A stretch of 64,000 nt of DNA from an uncultured Gammaproteobacteria bacterium (lineage in GTDB: Bacteria; Patescibacteriota; Patescibacteriia; S139-126): contig CAZBLW010000001.1 of the NCBI GenBank assembly GCA_964493305.1, positions 177,484 through 241,483 on the forward strand. The letters run 5' to 3'. Under the pieces are notes generated by a model. The model was given only the letters and a program-made list of their open reading frames with translations, searched no databases and was not told the origin of the DNA. How positions within the stretch are numbered: position 1 is the stretch's first letter; each line of letters starts with the position of its first letter. Positions 26,154-34,930 of this stretch are shown here, in pieces. A program made the position numbers and the translations under genes.

Positions 26154-26347
26154 TTGGCGCACAAGAAAAAACCGATTGCTAAGCAATCGGTGTGAGATAA
26201 AATTTGTTTTTTTGTGTTGTTTTTTGTTTGGTTGTGTAAGGTGCGATTGATGTTATTAACAATATAGCCTAGATAAATATTTAGGTCAAGGGCTGGGCTG
26301 GGGATAACTAAAAAAAGAGCCGAAACACTAGGTTTCGGCTCGGGATA

Positions 26348-26590
26348 TTATTTCTTAACTCTTTTAGCACCGCCACAAGTTGGGCAATCTTTTTTTTCTT
26401 TTTTTACCAAAGTTTGGTGATTGGTATCTTTTAATTTATTGACTGGTACTTTTCCTTCACCCAAGCAGGTGGGGCATGGTTTGGTGCTATAAAAAGCATT
26501 ATCCGGGATAATATCCTCGTTTTTTTCAAAATTAATTTCACTATACATAACTCTCTCCTTATTCACATAAAAAAATTTCTTCATAATCAA
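26348..26590 (-). CDS. small zinc-ribbon protein (CPTC...CPTCGG)
   Basis: 80 aa with two CxxC pairs. A terminator hairpin sits downstream at 26318..26345. Confidence 0.45.
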   Translation of the reverse strand: MIMKKFFYVNKERVMYSEINFEKNEDIIPDNAFYSTKPCPTCLGEGKVPVNKLKDTNHQTLVKKEKKDCPTCGGAKRVKK

Positions 26591-26957
26591 TGGCTACCAA
26601 ATAGCCGGGTAAGGTCCTAAATAACCAAATTTCTCTGTCTGCTTTGTCAGCAAATTTATCAAGGTGGGTAGGGATTTTCTTTTTAGCAATCAAGGTTAAG
26701 TTATAAAGTATAAACGGGTCACCAAAACCCAAGGTGTAAGTTTTATTTAAAGGTAGGTCTTGAGGAGGTCTTGATTGATTGCAAGCGCAAGGCAGGAAGT
26801 TGTTTTTGGCAGAAAATTTTTCAATTGGTATTTCACTTACCAAAGTAATAGTAAAAGGTGATTCAGCAATATCACCATCACTGGTATAGCAAATAGCTTT
26901 CTCTGGTAAAGTGGGGTTTATTGGCAAAACGTTTGCCACGGCTGTTTCTTCTCGCAT
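26559..26957 (-). CDS. hypothetical protein
   Basis: 132 aa, overlaps the downstream ORF by 32 nt (operon). Confidence 0.45.
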   Translation of the reverse strand: MREETAVANVLPINPTLPEKAICYTSDGDIAESPFTITLVSEIPIEKFSAKNNFLPCACNQSRPPQDLPLNKTYTLGFGDPFILYNLTLIAKKKIPTHLDKFADKADREIWLFRTLPGYLVAIDYEEIFLCE

Positions 26958-27037
26958 ATGTTTCTCCTATGCATTGGTGAAAGAATAATTTATTTAAAGG
27001 ACAATTAAAAAAGTATATTTATTTTATTATAAAAAGT

Positions 27038-27110
27038 CAAGGAAAGGTGAATAAGAATTCACCCTGTTAAATCCGCCACAGGCGGTGCATAGCAATTTAA
27101 CAGGGTAAAG
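27038..27110. promoter_or_regulatory. nested perfect inverted repeats: ggtgaat..attcacc (27044..27061) and the 12-bp pair accctgttaaat..atttaacagggt (27061..27106) enclosing hairpin ccgcc-aca-ggcgg
   Basis: Seen directly. Lies in the leader of the minus-strand operon 26348..26957. Candidate operator, attenuator or structured RNA. Confidence 0.4.
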
Positions 27111-27250
27111 ATTTAAGATGTAAGATTTAAGAACAAGTATTTTAATGACTAATTATTAATAACTAATTACTAATCAATGATTTAATTCAATAATTATCTA
27201 ATTAGTAATTCATTAGTAATTAGAAATTAGTTATAAGTAATTTTTATAAG
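27110..27250. repeat. AT-rich intergenic repeat region (gatttaagat units, then TAATTAGT-type units)
   Basis: ...taagatgtaagatttaagaac...aattactaatcaatgatttaattcaataattatctaattagtaattcattagtaattagaaattagttataagtaa. Confidence 0.6.
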
Positions 27251-27310
27251 TTTTTCTCTTGAATTTTTAGGTAACAAAGTTTAAACTAAATTTACTTTAT
27301 ATTTCTAAAT

Positions 27311-28000
27311 ATGACTGATAAAAAATTAAATCATCTGGCAATAATTCTGGATGGCAACCGGCGCTGGGCCAAAGAGCGGGGATTGCCTTCGCTATTGGGG
27401 CACAAAGAAGGGGTGGAGGCAGTCAAGCGTACAATTGATGCTTGTATTAAACACGGAATTAAATATCTGACAGTTTATGCTTTTTCTACGGAAAATTGGC
27501 AGCGGAGTCAGGACGAAGTAAATTATCTGATGAAATTGGCTTTAGAAAATATTGGTGGGGGGACAAATTACTTCAATGAACGGGGAGTTAGAGTAAGGAT
27601 TTTTGGTCAACATGATAATTTAGATCCTAAATTAGCCCAGGCTTTCCAAGAAACTGTTGAGCAAACCAAAAACAATCAAGTTTTGAATTTTAATATTTGT
27701 TTCAACTATGGCGGTCGAGCCGAAATTACCCAAGCTATTAGACAAATTGTTAAGGACAATACTAAATTAGAGCAAATCAGCGAAGAAATGATTGCTGCTT
27801 ATTTATATAGTGTTGATCAACCAGATCCAGACATGATTGTGCGTACCAGTGGTGAGATGCGACTTTCTAATTTTTTACCCTGGCAGTCGGTATATAGTGA
27901 ATTTTATTTCCCTAAATATCATTGGCCGGACTTTGATGAGAGTAAAGTAAAAGAAGTAATAGAAGAATTTAGTAAAAGACAACGGAGGTTTGGGAAATAG
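27311..28000 (+). CDS. uppS: undecaprenyl diphosphate synthase (cis-isoprenyl transferase)
   Basis: HLAIILDGNRRWA...GHKEG...YLTVYAFSTENW.R...E are UppS signature motifs. Confidence 0.9.
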   Translation: MTDKKLNHLAIILDGNRRWAKERGLPSLLGHKEGVEAVKRTIDACIKHGIKYLTVYAFSTENWQRSQDEVNYLMKLALENIGGGTNYFNERGVRVRIFGQHDNLDPKLAQAFQETVEQTKNNQVLNFNICFNYGGRAEITQAIRQIVKDNTKLEQISEEMIAAYLYSVDQPDPDMIVRTSGEMRLSNFLPWQSVYSEFYFPKYHWPDFDESKVKEVIEEFSKRQRRFGK

Positions 28001-28099
28001 TTTTTAGCTTATAGTTGTTAGCTTTTAGATATAAAACTCCTTGACCGATTAGATTGGGGAGTTTTTTTATTAACATTTAATAAAATTCTAAATACTAAA

Positions 28100-28300
28100 T
28101 TCGAAAACCAAAACAAATTCAAAATCCTAAATTCAAATGTTTAAAACATTAATTAGTTTTGGATTTATTAAATTTGAATTTAGATATTGTTTAGGGTTTA
28201 GATATTAGTGCTTAGAATTTTGTGCTTATGAGTTATAAGTTAGTGTTTGAGATTAATCGTTTGTGGAAAAGTAAGATTTTGAGATTGGCTAAATTTTAAT
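28100..28300. repeat. AT-rich intergenic low-complexity repeats (aaattcaaat / ttagggtttagatattag / gagttataagttagtgtttgagatt)
   Basis: Imperfect direct and inverted short repeats related to the TTAGGAT/TTTAGAT units seen at 43926..43990. Confidence 0.45.
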
Positions 28301-28367
28301 TATTTGTTATTATAGATTTGAGGAAAAATTTGCCATATTTGGCAAGGCTAATTATTAAAAAAAATTT

Positions 28368-29480
28368 ATGAGGGAGAGAGTAAATTTTAAGCATGGTTTT
28401 ATTTTGACCTTGCTTGTTTTTTTGTTCTCGGCTGTGCTGGTGATAAAATCACCCGTCAAAGCTTATGAACTACCGCCAGTGCTTATCAATGAGATTGCTT
28501 GGATGGGAAACGATGTAAGTACAGCTGATGAGTGGCTAGAGCTCAGAAATACCACCAACGAGGAAATTGATTTAACTGGTTGGCATTTGCGATGGGGAAG
28601 TGTGGATATTGCTTTAACTGGCTTTATCCCAGCCGAAGGATATTTTTTATTGGAAAGAACAGATGATGATAGTGTCCCAGGAGTGACAGCCGATCAGATT
28701 TATGTAGGATCACTTAGTAATACTGGCGGTGATCTCGTTTTAGTAAATGCAGTTGATGTGGTTATTGATAGTGCGGTGTTTGACCTGTGGCCAGCAGGAG
28801 ATAATAACACCAAGCAAACCATGGAAAGAGTCTGTCCGGTGACTGAGGGAAATTTGGCTAGTGCTTGGCAAAATAGTGAGTTAGCCAATGGTTCGCCTCA
28901 GGCAATCAATTTTGGTTGTGAAGTTTTAGTGTGCGAAGCATTAGAATTAAATCGTCTCTGTCAAAGTGAAGGGTTGGCAGAGGTAAATTATACTTATGCT
29001 AATTTGGCTTGCGGAGAAAATTTTAGCCAAGTGGAAGCTGATAGTAGTTGTAGTTGTGAGTATTCTCAATGGGAGGATGCGAGTTGTGTAGCAGCTGGCT
29101 TGCGGGAACAAACCCGCGAAAAAATAACTGACTTTTCTTATTGTCAGGCAGAGCTAACTAGACAAGTAGAAGATTTGGCTTGTGTAGTGGCTACTGATTT
29201 AGTTTGGCAAGCACAAGGCAGAGGCTGTTTCTTAATTGAAAATAGTCGGGAATGTGGTATCAGTACTGCTAGTTTGGATGTTGATAATTTATTGAACGTA
29301 GAATTGGCAGCTAGCTCAGGTTGGGAGAGTGTTGATTATTTAGTGAACCAAATTACTGATCAAGAACCAGTAGCGGTTTATAAAAATACTGAGTCAAAAT
29401 TGCATTTGGTTTGGCAGAAAATGCATGATTTAATTTTGATAATGGGCAAGGGCGTTTGGTTTCAGGGAAAAGTTGAGTAG
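28368..29480 (+). CDS. secreted protein with a lamin-tail-domain-like (LTD) N-terminal module and a Cys-rich C-terminal region
   Basis: Signal peptide; INEIAWMG...EWLELRN.....DLTGWHLRW...GYFLLER resembles LTD. 14 Cys in the C-terminal half. Confidence 0.5.
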   Translation: MRERVNFKHGFILTLLVFLFSAVLVIKSPVKAYELPPVLINEIAWMGNDVSTADEWLELRNTTNEEIDLTGWHLRWGSVDIALTGFIPAEGYFLLERTDDDSVPGVTADQIYVGSLSNTGGDLVLVNAVDVVIDSAVFDLWPAGDNNTKQTMERVCPVTEGNLASAWQNSELANGSPQAINFGCEVLVCEALELNRLCQSEGLAEVNYTYANLACGENFSQVEADSSCSCEYSQWEDASCVAAGLREQTREKITDFSYCQAELTRQVEDLACVVATDLVWQAQGRGCFLIENSRECGISTASLDVDNLLNVELAASSGWESVDYLVNQITDQEPVAVYKNTESKLHLVWQKMHDLILIMGKGVWFQGKVE

Positions 29481-29490
29481 GATATAATTA

Positions 29491-29527
29491 AAACCTCCTG
29501 CCAGTTTGGCGGGAGGTTTTACTTTTG
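29491..29527 (+). terminator. rho-independent terminator (cctcctgccagtttggcgggagg + T-run)
   Basis: Perfect 9-bp stem followed by TTTTACTTTTG. Confidence 0.75.
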
Positions 29528-29651
29528 AATTATAAAATTTAAATTATCAATCAATTTTTAATTATTCAATATTAAAGAAATTAAAATTTATAAAGTTTTA
29601 AGTTGACAATAATTGTTTTTTTGTTTAATTTAATAGATACGTTATAAATAT

Positions 29652-29738
29652 GCCGCGGTGGTGGAATTGGTAGACACGCAGGTCTCAAAAACCTGTGGGC
29701 GCAAGCTCATGAGAGTTCGATTCTCTCCCGCGGCACCA
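29652..29738 (+). tRNA. tRNA-Leu(CAA), class II with a long variable arm
   Basis: GCCGCGGTGGTGGAATTGGTAGACACGCAGGTCTCAAAAACCTGT..long arm..GAGTTCGATTCTCTCCCGCGGCACCA. Anticodon loop CUCAAAA. Confidence 0.85.
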
Positions 29739-29847
29739 GTAAATCAGTATAAGGAATAAAGTATAAAGTATTAAGTATAATGGTTTATTGAAAATTATCT
29801 TGAATAATTCAGATAAATAAGATATAATCTTTAAGCGTATTTATCAT

Positions 29848-29923
29848 CGCGGGGTAGAGCAGTTGGCAGCTCGCCAGGCCCATAACCTGGAGGTCGCTGG
29901 TTCGAGTCCAGCCCCCGCTACCA
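29848..29923 (+). tRNA. initiator tRNA-fMet(CAU)
   Basis: CGCGGGGTAGAGCAGTTGGCAGCTCGCCAGGCCCATAACCTGGAGGTCGCTGGTTCGAGTCCAGCCCCCGCTACCA is near-collinear with E. coli tRNA-fMet, including the unpaired C1x72. The anticodon loop reads CCCAUAA, with C at position 33. Confidence 0.8.
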
Positions 29924-29924
29924 A

Positions 29925-30001
29925 GGCAGGGTAGCTCAGTTGGTTAGAGCGAGGGAATCATAACCCCTAGGTCGGCGGTTCAACTCCGCCCCCTGTCACC
30001 A
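29925..30001 (+). tRNA. tRNA with anticodon CAU; elongator Met or lysidine-modified Ile2 not distinguishable by eye
   Basis: GGCAGGGTAGCTCAGTTGGTTAGAGCGAGGGAATCATAACCCCTAGGTCGGCGGTTCAACTCCGCCCCCTGTCACCA. Cloverleaf with loop AUCAUAA. Confidence 0.7.
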
Positions 30002-30039
30002 GTTTAGAATCTTGAAGTTAGAATAGAGAGTGTTAATTT

Positions 30040-30100
30040 TAAAATTTTTTCTTGAATTATTCATTAGTAATTAGTTATTAGAAATTAGTAATTAATACCC
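30040..30100. repeat. third copy of the TAATTAGT-type intergenic repeat (ttcattagtaattag shared 15/15 with 27207..27221)
   Basis: tcttgaattattcattagtaattagttattagaaattagtaattaata. Confidence 0.6.
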
Positions 30101-30107
30101 ATTCCCC

Positions 30108-30596
30108 ATGTTCTTAATCGTGCACACTGCTGCCGCAACCGTAATATCACAACAAACAGGCAATCCCATGCTCGTTTTTTTATTGTCATTTTTTTCTCAT
30201 TTTGTGCTTGATTTCATCCCTCACGGTGATGAAAAATTAACTGATAAAACCCAACCAAAAAACGTGCAATTTCGAAAACTTTTTTGGGCGGCTACAGCTG
30301 ACAGTTTTTTAATATTTTTATTTTCAGTATATTACTTACTTACGTTTGCTCCTGCTCATTTTGGTTTATTTTTTGTAGGACTAGGTGGTGCAATTCTACC
30401 TGATCTTATTTCCGGCCTAAGTTTTGTGTTAAATGGAAAATTCAATAAAGATTACCCCTTGCTGGCTAAGTTTCAAAAGATACACAAAACTGTACACACT
30501 TTTTTTGAACGTAAATTAAACTTTCTTATTCCCCTCAAATACGGCCTTATCTGGCAAGGCTTTTTCTTTTTAATGTTCGTTAGTTTATTACAATAA
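30108..30596 (+). CDS. hypothetical integral membrane protein (possible metal-dependent membrane hydrolase-like, His/Asp motifs)
   Basis: 162 aa, four hydrophobic helices, HFVLDFIPHGDE motif. Confidence 0.4.
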   Translation: MFLIVHTAAATVISQQTGNPMLVFLLSFFSHFVLDFIPHGDEKLTDKTQPKNVQFRKLFWAATADSFLIFLFSVYYLLTFAPAHFGLFFVGLGGAILPDLISGLSFVLNGKFNKDYPLLAKFQKIHKTVHTFFERKLNFLIPLKYGLIWQGFFFLMFVSLLQ

Positions 30597-30668
30597 GTAT
30601 TTTTTTGGATAATTAAATAAAATATTGTATAATAAAATTGTCTAGTTAAATTTAGAAGATTATTTTTT

Positions 30669-31430
30669 ATGGGCAAAATTATCGCTCTGGTCAATCAAAA
30701 GGGTGGAGTGGGAAAAACTACAACTTCAGTAAATTTAGCTGCTTATTTAGCTTTGTTTGGTAAAAAAGTATTGTTGGTTGATATTGATCCCCAAGGCAAT
30801 GCTTCTTCTGGTTTAGGCATAGTGTTACGGGAATTTGATGAGCATATCTATCATGCTTTGGTTACTCCAGAAAAATTTCCCAAAATTATTCGTAATACCA
30901 ATGTTGACAGTTTGCACATTGCTCCTTCCAATAGTAGTTTAGCTGGCGCGGCGATTGAATTGGTAAATTTTCCCCAACGCGAGTATCGTTTAAGACAATT
31001 ATTGCTGGAAGCTAGGACAAAATATGATTATGTGATTATAGATAGTCCACCCTCACTTGGACTTTTAACCATCAATGGTTTAGTAGCAGCTGACCAAGTA
31101 ATGATACCGGTGCAAGCAGAGTATTATGCTTTGGAAGGGTTAGGACAACTTTTAAAAACTATCAATTTAGTACAAGCCCATTTGCATCCCGAGTTGCAGA
31201 TTTTAGGCGCAGTTATTACTATGTATGATAGAAGAAATCGGTTATCGGAAGCAGTAATGAAAGAGTTGTACCAGTATTTTCCCAACCGGATTTTCAAATC
31301 CGTCATCCCTCGCAGTGTTAGACTGGCTGAAGCACCATCGCACGGGTTGCCGATTGTATTGTATGATAAAAATTCTACCGGTAGCAGGGCTTACCAAGAT
31401 TTAGCCCAAGAAATATTAAATATACCGTAA
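30669..31430 (+). CDS. parA: chromosome partitioning ATPase ParA/Soj
   Basis: Deviant Walker A KGGVGKTTT, DIDPQGN, and collinearity with Soj. Confidence 0.9.
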   Translation: MGKIIALVNQKGGVGKTTTSVNLAAYLALFGKKVLLVDIDPQGNASSGLGIVLREFDEHIYHALVTPEKFPKIIRNTNVDSLHIAPSNSSLAGAAIELVNFPQREYRLRQLLLEARTKYDYVIIDSPPSLGLLTINGLVAADQVMIPVQAEYYALEGLGQLLKTINLVQAHLHPELQILGAVITMYDRRNRLSEAVMKELYQYFPNRIFKSVIPRSVRLAEAPSHGLPIVLYDKNSTGSRAYQDLAQEILNIP

Positions 31431-31434
31431 ACCT

Positions 31435-32352
31435 ATGGCAAAAAAATTTGGTTTAGGCAGAGGTTTAAATTCACTGATACCAGCTAGCGCTGATGATTAT
31501 CAGGAATCAGAACCGTTGACTGAAACAGAAATGACTACTGAAACAGTGGCGCCACTGGATATTGATTCTCAATTAAATCGTCAAGAGAAAATTGAATATA
31601 TTGATCCTGTCAAAATAATTACTTCACACTATCAACCCCGACAGTTGTTTGAACATACGGCTTTGGAAGAATTGGTCAACTCTATCAAGGAGTTTGGTAT
31701 TTTGGAGCCTTTGATAGTTTCACCTTTAAGTGGTAGTACGTATAAGTTAGTAGCTGGGGAGCGACGGTTGCGGGCGGCTAAGATTTTGGGATTGAAAACA
31801 GTACCAGTTATTTTGCGTACTGTTTCTGAACAACAACGCCTAGAAATATCTTTGATTGAAAACGTGCAACGCCGAGATTTAACGCCATTGGAAGAGGCCA
31901 ATGCTTATAAAAAATTGATTGAAGAGTTTAATTTAACCCAAGATCAGCTAGCGAAAAAGGTAGGTAAATCTAGATCAAAAATAGCCAATTCATTGCGTTT
32001 ACTGAATTTACCCACTGAGGTGCAAATTTTATTGGGTAGCGGACGACTGACCGAGGGACACGCCAAGGTTATTTTAGAATTAGCTACACCCCAAGAACAG
32101 ATTATCATGGCCAGAAGGGTAGCTGAACAAAATATGTCGGTCAGGGATGTTGAGAAGAAAGTCGCTCAGCGTAAAGGCAAAAGCAAACCCCCGCAGATTT
32201 TAAATGATAAACTGCAAAGTTTACAGGACGAGTTAAGACAAATATTTAAAACCAAAGTTTTTATTAAACCAAAAAAACAAGGTGGCTTGATTGAGATTGA
32301 GTATTATTCTGACGAAGAATTAAATAATTTAATTGACAAATTAGGAATGTGA
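31435..32352 (+). CDS. parB: chromosome partitioning protein ParB/Spo0J
   Basis: ParB box GERRLRAAK.LGL..VPV, HTH LIENVQRRDLTPLEEA, directly after parA. Confidence 0.9.
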   Translation: MAKKFGLGRGLNSLIPASADDYQESEPLTETEMTTETVAPLDIDSQLNRQEKIEYIDPVKIITSHYQPRQLFEHTALEELVNSIKEFGILEPLIVSPLSGSTYKLVAGERRLRAAKILGLKTVPVILRTVSEQQRLEISLIENVQRRDLTPLEEANAYKKLIEEFNLTQDQLAKKVGKSRSKIANSLRLLNLPTEVQILLGSGRLTEGHAKVILELATPQEQIIMARRVAEQNMSVRDVEKKVAQRKGKSKPPQILNDKLQSLQDELRQIFKTKVFIKPKKQGGLIEIEYYSDEELNNLIDKLGM

Positions 32353-32375
32353 TTGGTTTTAGAATTTTAAATATT

Positions 32376-33881
32376 CTAAAACGGTGATTTAATATGCCAG
32401 CGCGAAAGTGAATCTTTATTTAGAGCCTGTCTAATATGATCCTTCGCGCTTTTTGTTTTGACAATTTTTAACCAATCCTCATTGGGTTTTTTTCTATTTT
32501 TATCAATCATAATTTCTACCATATCACCCGAGCGCAATTTTGTTTCCAGATTAACAATTTGCTCATTGACTTTAGCACCAATACATTTATTGCCTAAATC
32601 CGAATGGACGTGATAAGCAAAATCAATGGGTGTGGCGCCTTCAGGTAGTTCAATAACATCGCCTTTGGGGGTAAAAATAAATATGCGATCACTAAATACA
32701 TCCAATTTGATTTGTTGGAGATACTGTTCAGTATCTTTAACCTTTTTTTGGATAGCCATCAATTGTTTAATCCACTGTTGTTGCTTATCCGGTAGTTTAA
32801 AAGAACCTTTGGTTTTGTAGTGCCAATGGGCGGCAATACCGTATTCGGCTTGTTCGTGCATGGTATTGGTGCGCACTTGAAATTCAACAATTTGTCCATC
32901 GAGTGCAAAGACAGTAGTATGAATTGATTGATAGCCATTGGGCTTAGGAGTAGCAATATAATCTTTTATACGCCCTTTCAATGGCTGCCAAATACTATGG
33001 ATAATGCCAATAGTGGTATAACAAGATTGAATATTGGGAACAATTATTCGTAGGGCAATCAAATCGTAAATACGATTGATATCTCTGTCTTTTTGTAATA
33101 ATTTGCGGTATAAGCTGTAAATACGTTTAGTGCGACCGTGGATGGAAGTGTAGGCTATACCTTCGCGTTGGAGATTCTCTTCCAATATTTTTTTTATTTT
33201 ACTTAAATTTTTTGTTTGTCTTGATAATGGTTCTTGACGCAAAGAAAGTACCCATTTATATTCAGCGGGTTGTAAAATAGCAAAAGACAAATCTTCCAGT
33301 TGGTGTTTTATTTCACCCATACCTAAGCGATCAGCAATCGGTGCATAAATTTCCAAAGTTTCTAAGGCAATCCTTTTTTGTTTGTCAGGCGGTAAATATT
33401 CAATAGTTTGTAAATTGTGTAAACGATCAGCAAATTTGATAAAAATTACTCTGATATCTTTGGCCATGGCAATAAACATTTTGCGTAAATTTTCAGCGTA
33501 ACGCTCAATACCGCGATATTTTAAACGTCCCAGTTTGGTGATGCCGTTGACCAGTTTGGCCACCTCTTTGCCAAAATTTTTTTCAATTTCCGACAGACTA
33601 ACTTCAGTATCTTCCGGCACGTCATGAAGTAATCCCGCCAATAAGGTGGGCATATCAGCCTTCATTTCTGCTAGATTATAAGTGGCTGCCAGTGGGTGAC
33701 TGATATACAAATCACCAGACATACGCTTTTGTTGATCATGAGCTTCAGCGGCAAAATCATAAGCTAACCTGAGCATAGTAAAATCTTCATCCGGTGGTAA
33801 ATAATTTTTAACCTTATCTACCAAGCCCTCGATAGTTTGTTCTGATGGTTGATTGGTTTGATTGAGATTAAGAAAATTCAT
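32376..33881 (-). CDS. rel: RelA/SpoT-family (p)ppGpp synthetase/hydrolase, short form (HD + synthetase + TGS, no ACT/RRM domain)
   Basis: HD motif LLHDVPEDT, synthetase RIKDYIA.PK.NGYQSIHTTV, C-terminal TGS (FTPKGDVIELPEGATPIDFAY). Ends at 501 aa. Confidence 0.85.
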   Translation of the reverse strand: MNFLNLNQTNQPSEQTIEGLVDKVKNYLPPDEDFTMLRLAYDFAAEAHDQQKRMSGDLYISHPLAATYNLAEMKADMPTLLAGLLHDVPEDTEVSLSEIEKNFGKEVAKLVNGITKLGRLKYRGIERYAENLRKMFIAMAKDIRVIFIKFADRLHNLQTIEYLPPDKQKRIALETLEIYAPIADRLGMGEIKHQLEDLSFAILQPAEYKWVLSLRQEPLSRQTKNLSKIKKILEENLQREGIAYTSIHGRTKRIYSLYRKLLQKDRDINRIYDLIALRIIVPNIQSCYTTIGIIHSIWQPLKGRIKDYIATPKPNGYQSIHTTVFALDGQIVEFQVRTNTMHEQAEYGIAAHWHYKTKGSFKLPDKQQQWIKQLMAIQKKVKDTEQYLQQIKLDVFSDRIFIFTPKGDVIELPEGATPIDFAYHVHSDLGNKCIGAKVNEQIVNLETKLRSGDMVEIMIDKNRKKPNEDWLKIVKTKSAKDHIRQALNKDSLSRWHIKSPF

Positions 33882-33998
33882 CTATTATTTTAGTGGTTTT
33901 ATCATACAATAATATTTAGAAAATGCAATTATTGACGGTCGGCTAATTGTTTGCTACTATCTGGAGAATTAGTTTTTTTATAAATTATTGGAGGGAAA

Positions 33999-34598
33999 AT
34001 GAAAACTTATCACGGTAAGCGTGTCTTTGATGTATTGTTGGCAAGTTTGGCTTTGATTGTTTTGTGGCCGATTCTTCTTTTGATTACTGGTTTGGCTTTG
34101 GTCTTTAATGGTCGTCCGATTTTATATCGTCAAACCAGACTTGGTGTGGCTGGTCAAAAATTTACTATTTATAAATTTAGAACCATGGTCAATGGAGCTC
34201 ATGATCAGCTGACGGCAGTTTTGCACCATTATAAGCAACAGCGCTATAATCATAGATTACCGCAAGATCCTAGAGTGACTAAGTTGGGAAAAATTTTACG
34301 ACGTTGGAACGTTGATGAATTACCACAATTATTTAATATTCTCCGAGGAGAAATGAGTTTTGTTGGTCCGCGACCGGCAGAAAATTATTTTTGTGATGAT
34401 AACAACTACCTCAATCAAGTTAAAGATTTGCGTCCCGGCTTAACTGGTTACTATCAAATTTATTCTCATACCACAGATATTAGTAGTGTTGATATTCGTA
34501 TCGAATCAATTGCTAAATATTGGCAAGAAATATCATTTCTAAACGATATTAAAATAATATTACAAACTTTTAGAGTGGTATTGAAGCAGAAATTTTAA
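33999..34598 (+). CDS. bacterial sugar transferase (undecaprenyl-phosphate glycosylphosphotransferase, WbaP/CpsE C-terminal type)
   Basis: KRVFD..LA...L...P...........G.P.L..Q.R.G..G..F...KFRTM...DELPQLFNILRGEMSFVGPRP. Confidence 0.85.
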   Translation: MKTYHGKRVFDVLLASLALIVLWPILLLITGLALVFNGRPILYRQTRLGVAGQKFTIYKFRTMVNGAHDQLTAVLHHYKQQRYNHRLPQDPRVTKLGKILRRWNVDELPQLFNILRGEMSFVGPRPAENYFCDDNNYLNQVKDLRPGLTGYYQIYSHTTDISSVDIRIESIAKYWQEISFLNDIKIILQTFRVVLKQKF

Positions 34599-34626
34599 AA
34601 GACCCAAAATAATTTGGGTCTTTTTA
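34598..34626. terminator. bidirectional terminator (aaagacccaaaataatttgggtcttttt)
   Basis: Stem gaccca/tgggtc with flanking A and T runs, between convergent genes. Confidence 0.7.
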
Positions 34627-34640
34627 TTTTTATCGTAAAA

Positions 34641-34874
34641 TTATTTGCTGGTTAATTTCTTAAGATCATACACCTTACCTTGTTGTCGCCATTTAGCTAG
34701 GGTTTTCAGGGCTTGATTGGATAGTTTAACCCGTACATAGCGACCGGTAGCTGGATTGAGTAATCTTTTACTTTGGAGATTGACATTGAATTTACGTTTG
34801 GTTTTACGATTGCTGTGTGATACATTGTGTCCGCGCAAAGCTCGTTTGCCGGTGATATCGCATTTTTTGGCCAT
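34641..34874 (-). CDS. rpmB: 50S ribosomal protein L28
   Basis: MAKKCDITGKR...GHNVSHSN.KTKR.F.VNLQ is the L28 signature. Confidence 0.85.
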   Translation of the reverse strand: MAKKCDITGKRALRGHNVSHSNRKTKRKFNVNLQSKRLLNPATGRYVRVKLSNQALKTLAKWRQQGKVYDLKKLTSK

Positions 34875-34930
34875 ATAAAAAATCTAATTATAAAATAGTT
34901 GCTTTATTATAGAGTAAAATATTGTTTACG

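Noticed and set aside
23728-30100. Considered whether the recurring short intergenic repeats could be a CRISPR array
   Set aside because: There are no regularly spaced identical 25-40-bp repeats with unique spacers. The units are 7-9 bp, irregular and AT-only, and no cas genes are present in the window.
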